From Tortispora ganteri (taxonomy: Eukaryota): DNA of 64,000 bases. The stretch spans positions 124,001 through 188,000 of the forward strand of contig PPNB01000002.1 in NCBI GenBank assembly GCA_003707115.1, given 5' to 3'. Made by a program: the position numbers and the translations under genes. The notes under the pieces are model-generated. The model was given only the letters and a program-made list of their open reading frames with translations, had not been told where the DNA came from and ran no database searches. The first letter of the stretch is position 1. Every line of letters begins with the position of its first letter. Shown here one piece after another: positions 10,940-22,000 of this stretch.

Positions 10940-11603
10940 AGATATTATAAGTTTCTTCTAAAATTAAAGTAAACAAGGAATTTAGCTATGTAAGGTCAAC
11001 TGCAGAGAATGATAACTTCGTGTTTTCTTCGCACAGCGCTCAGTGCTGAATGGGCAGGGTTAAACGCAAAAAACCTCAGAATAACAAACCACCAATCCGG
11101 CGTAAACCTGCTATTTGACTATCTATATGCAAAAATAGCAAACTCTCGAAAATCACGTATCGAAATAGATCGAATTAAGATGTCCGGCGACTGAATTTAG
11201 AGGCTGAAGTTATGAGAGGTATAAAAAGACAAATATGTCTAGTGGAATCGGCTTAGTTAATTGTATTAAGGGTGTAGGGTACTACCTAAAGTTGAGCAGT
11301 GGTGCCGAATGCGGTTGGAATTACGTGTAAAGCTGCTGCATTAATCATGTGAAAGAAGAGCTCACTAACGACACCTGGAAACTCTCATTCTGGCAAAAAA
11401 AAATAGTAAAAATGGTTAGAGAATATGTCGCAATTAATACTAATAAAGTATGGTAATCCAATGGCAAACTGCGGCAGTACGAACACATGAAACAATATAC
11501 ACTGCTTGTCGTATATCTTACAGAGGCTAATTGCATACAGTTGAAAAAACAGAAGAGAAAGCTTCTAGACGATACATTTGGGTAATGCCAGCTGTATTTT
11601 TGT

Positions 11604-12014
11604 TTAAACAGCATCGGACTGAGCCAGTATATATTCGACCGCTTTGGGTACAGATTTGATTTCATCGGCCTCCTTGTCGGGGATTTCAATGCTGAATTCC
11701 TCCTCGATGGCCATGACGACTTCGACGACATCAAGAGAGTCGAGACCTAAGTCAGTAGCAAATTCGGCAGTAGGAGTTATCTTAGCAGGGTCGGCGACCT
11801 TGTCGAAGGTCTTAATGACATCAATTATACGGTTTTCGACTTCAGATTTGTCGAGAGACGATGAGTAGAATCTAAGGCCATTGAAGGGAGTCACAAATTG
11901 TGCGCGAAGAAGAGCTGGGCGAGCGATAGAACGGGTAGAAGCGGCAACAGCTTTTGTACTCAGTCCACGACAAGCGATAGCAGAGAGGTTCCTTTTAAGT
12001 ACGGTGCGCAGCAT
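11604..12014 (-). CDS. ACP1: Mitochondrial acyl carrier protein (NDUFAB1)
   Basis: [26 protein letters not shown]. Basic presequence from ATG 12014. Confidence 0.96.
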   Translation of the reverse strand: MLRTVLKRNLSAIACRGLSTKAVAASTRSIARPALLRAQFVTPFNGLRFYSSSLDKSEVENRIIDVIKTFDKVADPAKITPTAEFATDLGLDSLDVVEVVMAIEEEFSIEIPDKEADEIKSVPKAVEYILAQSDAV

Positions 12015-12360
12015 TATAGAGTGATTAAATCGCAAAAATGATGGAAAAATGGGCAAAATGTGTAAGAACGGCGAAAAAGATGTAGTTTCTTTAAAACGAA
12101 GAAAAAACTACTCAAAACAGTAAGTTATTTGAGTGGCAATAATAGGTCCAGATCAATTATAGTCTATGAAATTAACAATTGCAAGATCGAATAATCACCT
12201 ACAAATTCTTGGATCAGCTAGAGGATATTTTCAAGCCGGCTTAATAGACGATTGAATCTCGAAATTGAAGTATAGCAGTAGTAACTGGGTGAAGGTTGGC
12301 GAAGAAATAGGTGGGAAAGCCCCGTACAAGGCGAGAAAAGTCAGTCGAATAAAGGCTATT

Positions 12361-12438
12361 ATTGGTTGACCTTTCTGTTTCTATAACAACGGTGCTGGTA
12401 ATATTAAGACCAGTGCAGTAGTAATAATTTCATCCAAT
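12361..12438. promoter_or_regulatory. Two opposed CCAAT boxes in the ACP1/NDUFS8 bidirectional promoter
   Basis: ATTGG at 12361-12365 and CCAAT(CA) at 12434-12438, between two respiratory genes. Function is inferred. Confidence 0.35.
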
Positions 12439-12577
12439 CAGAGCCGCTCTAAAACTCCAGTAGATGGACCTTTAGATTAAACGGTTTTGCACACAGCGAT
12501 TCGATACCTTCGACAAACGCTTTCAAAGCAGTTGCCTCCTTTCTTTATTCGCATTTCTTTGCTTACTTAGTCGAACA

Positions 12578-13204
12578 ATGCTTAACGCAATGCAAATTAG
12601 AAGGTCCAGTGGTCTTTTGCGTCAGCAGCGGAGACGTATGTTTTCTGTGTCTGTACTAGCAAGGCAAGCTCCACCTGCCGGATTCCGACCAGCTCCTCAA
12701 CCGGAATGGACTTCTGAATCTACTATGGACAAAGCCGGTCACACATTTCTTTTAGCAGAGATGTTCCGAGGAATGTATATTTGTTTAGAACAATACTTCC
12801 GTGCTCCATACACTATATACTATCCATTCGAAAAAGGCCCTATTTCACCACGATTTAGAGGTGAGCACGCGCTACGACGATATCCTACTGGCGAGGAGAG
12901 ATGCATTGCATGCAAACTCTGTGAGGCTATCTGTCCTGCTTTAGCGATTACTATTGATGCGGAAGAGCGAATTGACGGGTCTCGCAGAACTACGAAGTAT
13001 GACATTGATATGACCAAATGCATCTATTGCGGTTACTGCCAAGAATCCTGTCCTGTCGATGCCATAGTTGAATCAACTAATGTTGAGTACGCCACTGAGA
13101 CTCGCGAAGAGTTGCTTTACAACAAAGAGAAACTGTTGGCTAATGGCGATAGATGGGAACAAGAATTACAGAATGCAATCAACGCCGATGCTCCATACCG
13201 CTAA
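12578..13204 (+). CDS. Complex I Fe-S subunit NDUFS8/TYKY (23 kDa)
   Basis: Two 4Fe-4S motifs, [12 protein letters not shown] and [12 protein letters not shown], plus [10 protein letters not shown]. Confidence 0.98.
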   Translation: MLNAMQIRRSSGLLRQQRRRMFSVSVLARQAPPAGFRPAPQPEWTSESTMDKAGHTFLLAEMFRGMYICLEQYFRAPYTIYYPFEKGPISPRFRGEHALRRYPTGEERCIACKLCEAICPALAITIDAEERIDGSRRTTKYDIDMTKCIYCGYCQESCPVDAIVESTNVEYATETREELLYNKEKLLANGDRWEQELQNAINADAPYR

Positions 13205-13354
13205 TTTTCTCACCTCTACTCTGTCTGCCTCCACTAATCTTATGACTTTTATTCCTTCTAAACCATATACAAAACAATGATAAACGTGGTACAATTCCAT
13301 ATAACAATGGTTGTGTCTTTAGTTTCGGTAATTCGTAGCTCATTATCTTCGTAA

Positions 13355-14359
13355 TTAATACAACATTCTGTTAGCCTTATCTTCAATTGAGATTTGAAGA
13401 TTGTTTAGCACCTTCAACATATTTTTATCTTCGTAGTTGAAAAATTTAGCGCCGTTCACATTCTTTTGCGAGGAAATATCATTAATGATGCCTTTCAGGA
13501 TCTTGGCTGTTTCTTGTGCACTTTTTCGTTTCGTTGTGTTAGATGCTGTGGCTTCTAGTACAGCATACTGCTGCATTTGGTCAGCTAGCTTGTACAGTTG
13601 ATATACATCGCCGCTTGCTTCCCATGATATTCTTAGCATCTGGTTGAAAACTTTCATGGTGCATCCCAGTGTATAAGAGTCTGTTCCAAGTTCTTTTGCC
13701 CGTTCAAATAAGGCTTCAGCACTTGAAAAGCTAGAGAATTTGTCATACATAATCTCAATTGCAGCTGCTAGTAAATCGCCATATGCAGCCTCAAAAGTTT
13801 CCCGTTCCTGTAGTTCTGGGTCAAATAATGCACGAAATACGTGCTCTTCCATATAAGCATGAACAGCTAACCTGTCAGATAGAGACTCCATCTGATCTCT
13901 ATGGTACTTGACGAGGTTCTCAACTTTAGAGCTAAGAGCATGTTGCTCTGCACTAAGTTCTGAGGCCTTTTCGAACATTCTAGGACCTTTCAGTTGGTGC
14001 TTACCTTGCTCCCAGTCTTTCATGATCATACTGAGTAGTTCCTCTGGAGCTGTTGCTTCGACGGATTTTGGTGGTTTTGCTGGTGCTGACTCTAGTGCCT
14101 TAATCGAAGATAATATAGCATCAGAATAGCGCTTTTTTATACCTGTATCGCTAAATTTTCTAGATTCTTTTGAATCGGTCAGATTTGCAGCGTTATTTGC
14201 GGGTTCAATATCGTTGATAAGTTCTTTAAGCGATTTCTCTTGTCCCGGTTCTCCACCAGTGTCGGAACCGTCTTCCTTACGTTTGATTCTAGTAGTAGAG
14301 AGCTGTCTATTTAATATTCGAGTTAGAATTCGAGATCGTACTATATGTAACTGAATCAT
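13355..14359 (-). CDS. Mitochondrial Mtf2/Nam1-like protein
   Basis: Basic presequence from ATG 14359. C-terminal LFERAKELG.DSYTLGCT.KVFN.ML..SW pattern. Confidence 0.65.
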   Translation of the reverse strand: MIQLHIVRSRILTRILNRQLSTTRIKRKEDGSDTGGEPGQEKSLKELINDIEPANNAANLTDSKESRKFSDTGIKKRYSDAILSSIKALESAPAKPPKSVEATAPEELLSMIMKDWEQGKHQLKGPRMFEKASELSAEQHALSSKVENLVKYHRDQMESLSDRLAVHAYMEEHVFRALFDPELQERETFEAAYGDLLAAAIEIMYDKFSSFSSAEALFERAKELGTDSYTLGCTMKVFNQMLRISWEASGDVYQLYKLADQMQQYAVLEATASNTTKRKSAQETAKILKGIINDISSQKNVNGAKFFNYEDKNMLKVLNNLQISIEDKANRMLY

Positions 14360-14430
14360 TAATAGTGTGTTAAAAGATAAATACGTTTTATGCAAATATA
14401 ATTAATAAATGGCATGTAAGGTGGGTGTGG

Positions 14431-14438
14431 CCGGGTAA
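14431..14438. promoter_or_regulatory. Reb1-type site CCGGGTAA
   Basis: Exact match to the yeast Reb1 consensus in the 96-bp gap between the monooxygenase stop and the Mtf2-like start. Confidence 0.45.
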
Positions 14439-14455
14439 GCCCACCCTGAAAGCTA

Positions 14456-15748
14456 TCACTTGTAATGATCCACAATATCTTCAACGACATCATTTCCTGT
14501 AATGGCTAGCACAGATAAAAGGCTATCACTTAATCCGTGGGTCGATTCATTGCATCCTAAGAGCCAAACCCCAACTCCTGGAGCGATTTTGGCTTCGTTT
14601 CGCGGTGTCAGCTGGTAATTTCTTGTAACCGGCAGAGTTTCTAGGTCATATATAGTTTCGCAACCTTTCAACAGGTTTCTCACAGCAGTAATGCGGTCGT
14701 AGCCTGTAGCACACACTACTACATTATATATGTTCTCAACACTAGAGTTATTTGACTTCAATGAGAGGGTTACGTCTTTTCCAGTGAGACGCGCATCAGA
14801 AACTTCACTTAAGTTCAGCACTCTTCCTCGGTTGGTCTGACCAGGAAGCTTTTGCTGATACAAATGTTCGTATATCTGATCTATTAGATGTGGACGCACG
14901 ACGCTATAATTAGTGGACTTCAAGCTTTTAACCAAATAGTCCCTTGTCTTCTGGGACTGATTGTAGAAAGCGGTTGTAGATTCTGGGTCAAAAATCTCGT
15001 TAACGAAAGGAGAATCGTCGGATGGTCGAAGTGCATATCCTCTAATTATTAAGTCAACCTTGGCATTAGGAAACCTTTCAAGCAAATCCATGAATATCTC
15101 AGCTGCAGACTGGCCTGATCCAACTATAGCCACAGATCCACCCCCGCAAAGACGATCATTTATATGATCAAGGCTGTACATGTATTCACTAGAATGCAAA
15201 ATTGATCTATTAGAAGATCTTATTTTCTGCAGACAGTCTGGGAAACTCGGCTCTCCACCTATGCTAATTGTGATATTTCGAGCGGCTCGGTCGTGCGCCT
15301 TTCCTTCCTTGGAATACGAATGAACTCGAAACCCGGTAAGCGTCCCATTGTCCAGAATTGGCACTATCTCGTTGCACTTTAGTCCGTAATTTACTTTTTG
15401 TTTGACTCTACTTGCACACCATCGCATGTAGTCTTCATACTCTACCCGATAAGGTAAGAAAGTTGACATGTTGATGAATGGCACGAGCTTTTGATTCTCG
15501 AATAGATAGTTCAAAAAAGTGAAAGACGATTTTGGATCTCGAAGTGTAGCAAAGTCTTTCAGAAAAGATATTTGCATCCTTGCAGAAGGAATTAACATTC
15601 CCGAATGCCAGCAAAAAGTATCTTGAGCCTCTATGAACTCGACATACTTCAAGGATTTCGGATTGGTCTCTGTCAAATAAATGGCGAGTGCTAGGCCTGC
15701 AGGCCCGAAACCTACACCTATTAAATCAAGGCAGTCTTCAGTATTCAT
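14456..15748 (-). CDS. L-ornithine N5-monooxygenase (SidA/Sib2 family), first step of hydroxamate siderophore synthesis
   Basis: FAD motif GVGFGPAGL, WHSGMLIP..RMQISFLKD, NADPH motif VGSGQSAAE, PSDDSPFVNEIF, TNYSVV, CATGY, HGLSDSLLS. Confidence 0.96.
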   Translation of the reverse strand: MNTEDCLDLIGVGFGPAGLALAIYLTETNPKSLKYVEFIEAQDTFCWHSGMLIPSARMQISFLKDFATLRDPKSSFTFLNYLFENQKLVPFINMSTFLPYRVEYEDYMRWCASRVKQKVNYGLKCNEIVPILDNGTLTGFRVHSYSKEGKAHDRAARNITISIGGEPSFPDCLQKIRSSNRSILHSSEYMYSLDHINDRLCGGGSVAIVGSGQSAAEIFMDLLERFPNAKVDLIIRGYALRPSDDSPFVNEIFDPESTTAFYNQSQKTRDYLVKSLKSTNYSVVRPHLIDQIYEHLYQQKLPGQTNRGRVLNLSEVSDARLTGKDVTLSLKSNNSSVENIYNVVVCATGYDRITAVRNLLKGCETIYDLETLPVTRNYQLTPRNEAKIAPGVGVWLLGCNESTHGLSDSLLSVLAITGNDVVEDIVDHYK

Positions 15749-15912
15749 AGTCGGGGATCAATTAGTCGTGCGCCACTCTAAAACCTTCCAAAAAACACAG
15801 CTGCTTGTATATTCACTTTATTATGACGTATGGCTAGTCTTCCGAGAGTAATATGGTCTATGCTTAAGGTTCATACTGCTAAAATTGTTAGATCACCCGA
15901 ACGAGTTTTAGA

Positions 15913-16007
15913 CCAATAGAAGACTCCCATTCCATCTGATAGCTCCCCTTTACCTTGTAACATCAAAAGTCTATTATTTCTCGGGGATTTCCTGCTTAAA
16001 TTTATCT
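15913..16007. promoter_or_regulatory. Iron-GATA-like and CCAAT elements in the siderophore bidirectional promoter
   Basis: CCAAT at 15913-15917, ATCTGATAG at 15934-15942 (resembles the SreA/Fep1 ATCWGATA element), and TTATCT (AGATAA on the minus strand) at 16002-16007. Confidence 0.55.
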
Positions 16008-16038
16008 ACAGAGTATTCGCCTTCATAACTCAATTATT

Positions 16039-19000
16039 ATGTCTTCTAACGTAAGTGCCTCTCTATTGCCATTTAATCGACATTTGCTAACATTTTAAGT
16101 GCACCTCATTTCCATCATTGGTCAGTTCATGGGATCGCAGAGCTCCTAGTTATACCGCGTCGTCTCGCGTCCGGTCTATAGCCGCGAATAGATCTGCCGT
16201 GTTGACTACATGGAGCCAATTCCTAAGAAGACACACATATTTCGATGATGTATCATTTATAGAGTATTTTAGTAATGAATACTATTACTGTACATCATGT
16301 CACGACTCAAGTTCTGTCACTGAAACTCCAATTACAAATCTGCCTTCACACGGTTATACTTGCATTTCATGGAACAGAGAATTCGAGCATTCAGGGTCGC
16401 ATCTGACTCTCAATATCTCTTCGAATTCGGTTTTGTTGTCTTCATCCTCGGAAATAGTCACTGAATTGCTGATTAATGATCTCCTTGACCAGTTCCTCTT
16501 CTTATATGGTCAACAAACATCCCCAATGTTGTCTATAGTCAACAGCAATCCTCCGATTCTACCATTTGAACACCTAGTACATCAAAAGATTTTAGCTAAT
16601 AATTCTTCTGACGTTGCATACAAGCACTTATGGTATAATCACTCTCTATTTCAGCTTTCCTTTAGTGAACTAAATGCTATATCAACTTCCTTAGCGGCAC
16701 TCATACCCGAGAATTGTGCTACTCCTATTCCAATTATGATTCCTCAATGTCCCGCTTATTACCTTTCTCTAATTGCAACTTTGCAAGTTGGTCTAGCTTT
16801 TTGCCCCGTTCGGACAGACTCTCCGCAGACCCGCGTTCACTTTATTTGCAACGACGTTAAAGCTACAGTGGCTTTTTGTACCCCTGCATACCGTTCTCTC
16901 TTTCCCTCGCATATCCATATTATAGAACTAGATGAAACCCTCAACGACTTTCAACATTTCCTTACTAAAAAAACTTCTTCTGTGCCTAAATCTGTCTCAC
17001 CAGATTCGTGCGCGTACGTGATGTACACATCAGGCTCTACAGGTGACCCTAAGGGTGTCCAAGTATCTCACGAGAATATAGTGCAAACCTTTATAGGACA
17101 TGATAGCTTTGTTCCTGGCTTTAAAACTATGTTGAATTTTGCTGCTCCTACATTTGACGTCTCTGTATTCGAAATACTATATCCACTGTGGAAAGGCAGA
17201 ACACTTGCTTCGTGCGATCGGTCACTGATGCTTACAGATCTTGAAAACATCATTAATACCTTAGAAATTGATGCAGTAGAGCTCACACCTACTGTTGCTA
17301 GCATGCTTGATGCGAAGAAAGTACCTAACCTGAAGGCCCTACTGACTATCGGAGAGAAGCTCAATGACAAAGTCATCGCAGAATTTGGTGATTCATGCCT
17401 TTACAATTGTTACGGCCCGACCGAAACTACAATTCAGTGTATTGCTACTTTCAACCCGGTCTTAAAGGAATCTAGCGGGTCGGAAATTGGTACTGTCTTA
17501 CCTGCAGTAGGTGCTCTGATTATAGATCCGAACGATTCGTCAATTCTTCCCTTGCCCTTAGGCTGGGTAGGAGAACTAGCAATTATAGGCCCACAGGTGT
17601 CTATGGGCTATTTAAATCGACCACAACTGAATGCTGAGGCATTCATATGCCATCCTACCTACGGAAAGGTGTATCGCACAGGCGATCTATGTCGACTAGG
17701 CGAGCATGAACAAATGTTTTATCAGAGACGCAAGAATGAAGATCAAGTGAAACTGAGAGGTCAACGAATAGAGCTTGGAGAAATTGAAAGTGCTATAAAT
17801 TCATCTATGAAAGGTTTGAAACTCGTCGAGAACTGCAATGGAATATCAGCTGTCTCAGTTATAGATGGGAACCTGTATGCTATTGTTGAGACCCACGATA
17901 CTGCAACAATCACATCTCGGATATCCAAAGTTCTTCCTTCCTATATGATTCCTTCTAAACTAATTACCGGTAAGGTTCCTTTGCTCCCTTCAGGTAAGCT
18001 TGACCGAAAGGGCGTCGTGGCTGCCTTAAAACAAATGACACCTGCACCTAGAGGTGATCATTCGGAGGAGAATCATTCTAGCGAAGATTCAATATGGTCT
18101 TTAGTGTCTACTGAAGCTTATAAACTTGGTGGAGTTTTTCCAACCAGGAGAAATTCGCTGATAGCATGTGGAATTGACTCTATACGGACTATCCGCCTTG
18201 CTCGCCAACTGAAATTACACGGAATACCTATCAGTTCCTTTGCAAAACTTTACAGTTGTAATACTTTTGATGATCTTTATTGTTTATTAAAGAGTTCGGA
18301 ACTTAAAGATACTGATCCTTCACCGAATCATTCAGATAATTGTTCTCCAATTCAAACGGGATTATTACTTCAGACCGTCTCTGATGAGACCTTATATTGG
18401 AATGTTTGTTCTTTTGAAATATCTTTAAAATATATGGTATCCGATATTGTTAAAGCTATTTTGCATATATTTAATGCAAATTCTATATTTCGCACAGGTT
18501 TTAATGTTTCTCTTGATGACTTATGCATACGAAGGATTGTTCATGAGACGTTTCCTGATAAATATATTAATGTTGTTGATATTAAAGATATTGATTCAGT
18601 TGTACAGAGTACTCTGCATTATCTCAGAAGTCAAAATTTTAATTGTGGACCAGCAGCGAGGGTTATACTTTCAAAAGGAGCGAACTCCTATCGCTTGGAA
18701 TTCATAGCACATCATGCTTTATATGACGGTTGGAGTTTGGAGCTTTTAGTTTCAGACTTGACTAGTCTTCTAAGCAACGATGAAGTTTTTATTCGTCCTC
18801 AGTACAATGAATTGCTGTTCTCAGAAATTTATAGTGTTGCTGATGATTCTTATTGGGAAAGTCTTATGAAAGGATACTCGAGCAGCCTTCCTCTTAAGAA
18901 TCTGTTAACCGATCAGCACCTTAACAACAGATTTAGTATTGTTACATATCCGCTTGCTGAAAATTTGGCTGAGACTCTAGCTAAAACAGCGAACGATTTG

Positions 19001-22000
19001 CAAACATCTAGACAAGTCTTATATTATTATGCCTGGTGGCGTGTCATGACTTCACACTATCAGATCAAAGACTTAGCCTTAGCTATTGTGGCCACTGGAC
19101 GAAATATTCCTGTACCAGATATAGACTCCATCTATGGTCCTTTTGCTTCTGTTTTGCCGTTGCGTTATAGCGCGCAAGGCGGCAATGATATCTTTAGCGC
19201 AATTCGCCAGTTTCATATACAATGTCAGGAAATGAAACTGCGACATCGACCTTCGACTCAAGTCGCCTATATAATGCGACACCTGGATATAATATTGGCC
19301 TGGCAAGAGAATATTCTCGGAATAGACTCTGAATTGGTGTCTTTAGTGAGTTCAAATGATCATTTGGAGTATCCATTATTTATAGAGATAATGGTCTCTG
19401 AAAAGCAATTATCGAACAAGATAACATTTAATCAGGAAGTTTTTTCTCGAGAGACGGTAACGAAGTTTATTAAGAACTTTCATACTGCACTTCTAGAGAT
19501 CTGTGAAATGGGTTCTGGCTCTTCGACAACAGGAATGACTAATACTCTGAAGAAGAATGAAGATCGTGCATATCCTGCCATATACTCTCCAGCTCTGACA
19601 TCTACCCCTAGTCAGAATAACTCGAATGGATTTGACATATCTGAAGCTCGTTTTCATACTAGCTTGCAGTACAAGAGGCAGGTTACTATCAGAATTATCT
19701 CTGAAGTTCTCAACTTGAACCAGAATACTCTTGATTATTATGTTCCTTTGAAATATCTGGGCTTCAGCTCTTTTTCTGCTGTCTCTGTGGTTAGAAAACT
19801 ACGGCTGGAAGGAATAGCCAACTTATCTCTTCTTGATGTACTACGAGCTGAGTCATGCCAAAACATTATTGATCTTGTTTTGGGGTCAGGTGTACCTACA
19901 TCATTTAAACTGCCATCTATTCCACTGAAGGAGGATTTATTTTGCAATGAATCCAGTTCCTTGACATATGACATGGTTTTTAAGACCTTTTCCGATGAAA
20001 ATTGCATTGAAGCAATCTATCCCTTGACTTCAATACAAAAGGCAATGCTCGCCAGGTACCTAATAGATAACCGAATCTACATCAATAAAGCATCTTTGGA
20101 ATTTGATGAACCTGTTCAGCTCTCTCGATATATGAATGCATTGGATTTGGTTTCTTCTATTTTCACTGTATTAAGAAGCAAATTTACCGTCTACAATGAT
20201 ATGGTTCACCCCTTTCTTCAAATCGTCTATAAACAAAGGAGTCTGAAATTACTCGATTCAGATGTATTTTCCTTATCTGAGTGGGATTTCATGGAACATC
20301 CTTTAGTATTTGTCTCGAAATGCAGTTTAGCTCCAGATACGAATTTTAATGAGCTTGTGTGCTACTTTCACCACTCCTTGTTGGATGCAGGATCTTTTCA
20401 TAAGATAATAGATACTATCAATTTGGCTCTTTCTAACAAAGAACTACCTGTTATTGATGACGAATACGTTCCTGCTTTGAATCTGGTACTTAACCTAGAC
20501 AGCGTGAACCACTTAGAGCCTTATGCTTTAATTGCTGACAAACTCTCGCCTACTTTAATTGAAGAGTGCAAATATGCTCAAATTTCCAACTCTAACAAAG
20601 ATCCAATTGATTATATTGAGTTTTTCATTGATAAATCAATTGTTGACACAGTTCTTAAACGTCTTTCTACGTCTTTGACTGACGTTGCAATTCTCTTATG
20701 GACATGTGTTCTTCAACAAGTTCTTGATAAAGAGCATGTCACATTTGGCCTAGCTCATTCTTTAGATTATCTATCCGAAGAAATATCTTCACCTGTTGGT
20801 TGTTTTTTGAACATGTTATCTCTTTCAACCGAGATTGAAATGGGACAATCTATACCTGATTTTTGTGACTCAGTGAATAAGCAGATATCGGAATTGTTAG
20901 CTGCTTTTCCAGTCTCCAAGAACACATTGCAGCAGTATTTAGCTGTCTCGAACCTTTATGATACTGCAATAATCGTTCAACCTCTTCAGGCTTCTATGCA
21001 TCCCGCAAATGTGAATTCTATTGAGGGAATAACTGATTTCAAGGCTTTATTTGAAATAGAACCCTTAGAGGATAATGTAAAGTTTACTCTGCAATTAGAT
21101 ACATCTATCGGGTTGAGTTTCTTGTTTGAGATTGTCAAGCAGTTCACCATTAATTTCTTTGATCTATGGTTTACCAAAGTTAATGTCTATGACTTGTTAA
21201 CTGTTCTTGAATCTCTTATAGAACATAACGTCCCTGATACTAGTATTCCCGAGTCAACTGGACCATCCATAGAAGCTAATAGCTTTCTTATATCTGATAA
21301 TCAAGTATACAGAGACATTTTCCATGCAACTAAAGGTATTTCAAAGTTACCTGATGAGTATTTCACTCCCGAAATCACTTTCAAAGAGCTTGGAATTGAT
21401 TCAATTCTGATGGTATCACTTTATTCACGCCTAAAGGTTTCTTATTCTCATATTTTGCCTAATACTGTTTTGTCTGCAAAGACTATATCTGAGTTATGTT
21501 GGCTAATTTCTCAGAACAGCGATCTACCGGTACATAATCGTCATGTTTCTGACAATTTGGCAAGTGTTGTTGTGGAAGAAACAGAAACCTCTTTGTCTTA
21601 TGCTACTCATTCTGTATCGCAAGGTTTGCTTTATGACTTTCTGAAGTCAGAAGGTAGGTATGGTTATGCGCTCTTTAACTGTTCATTGAAGCTTCCTCTT
21701 GGATCTACTATTTCAGCGAAGGATAAATTACTAGACTCATTGGTCGAATTATGTAAGTTGCATCCAATCTTGCGGACAGGGTTCCTTGTTGGTGAAAGGT
21801 TCAAGGAGCCGTTATTTAGTGTGGCTAAAGCAATTTCAAGAACTGAAATCTCCTCTTTAATACACTGGGTTTCTCTTACGGATGAAAATAACGATTATGA
21901 ATTGCTATCTGTGTATAATTCCATTATTGAGGATCTTTCTGGTCCTCAGTGGCGAATTTTAGCTGATATGACATGTCTAAATCCTTTGAAATTTATATGG

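Noticed and set aside
11345..11734. 129-aa alternate-frame ORF overlapping the ACP1 3' end
   Set aside because: No recognisable motifs; it runs through a UTR-like sequence.
11604..12014. ACP as part of the biosynthetic cluster
   Set aside because: It is a typical mitochondrial ACP1 with a presequence.
16118..16120. TTG start for the NRPS given by the ORF track
   Set aside because: A non-ATG start is unnecessary; an upstream ATG exon and canonical intron explain the frame.
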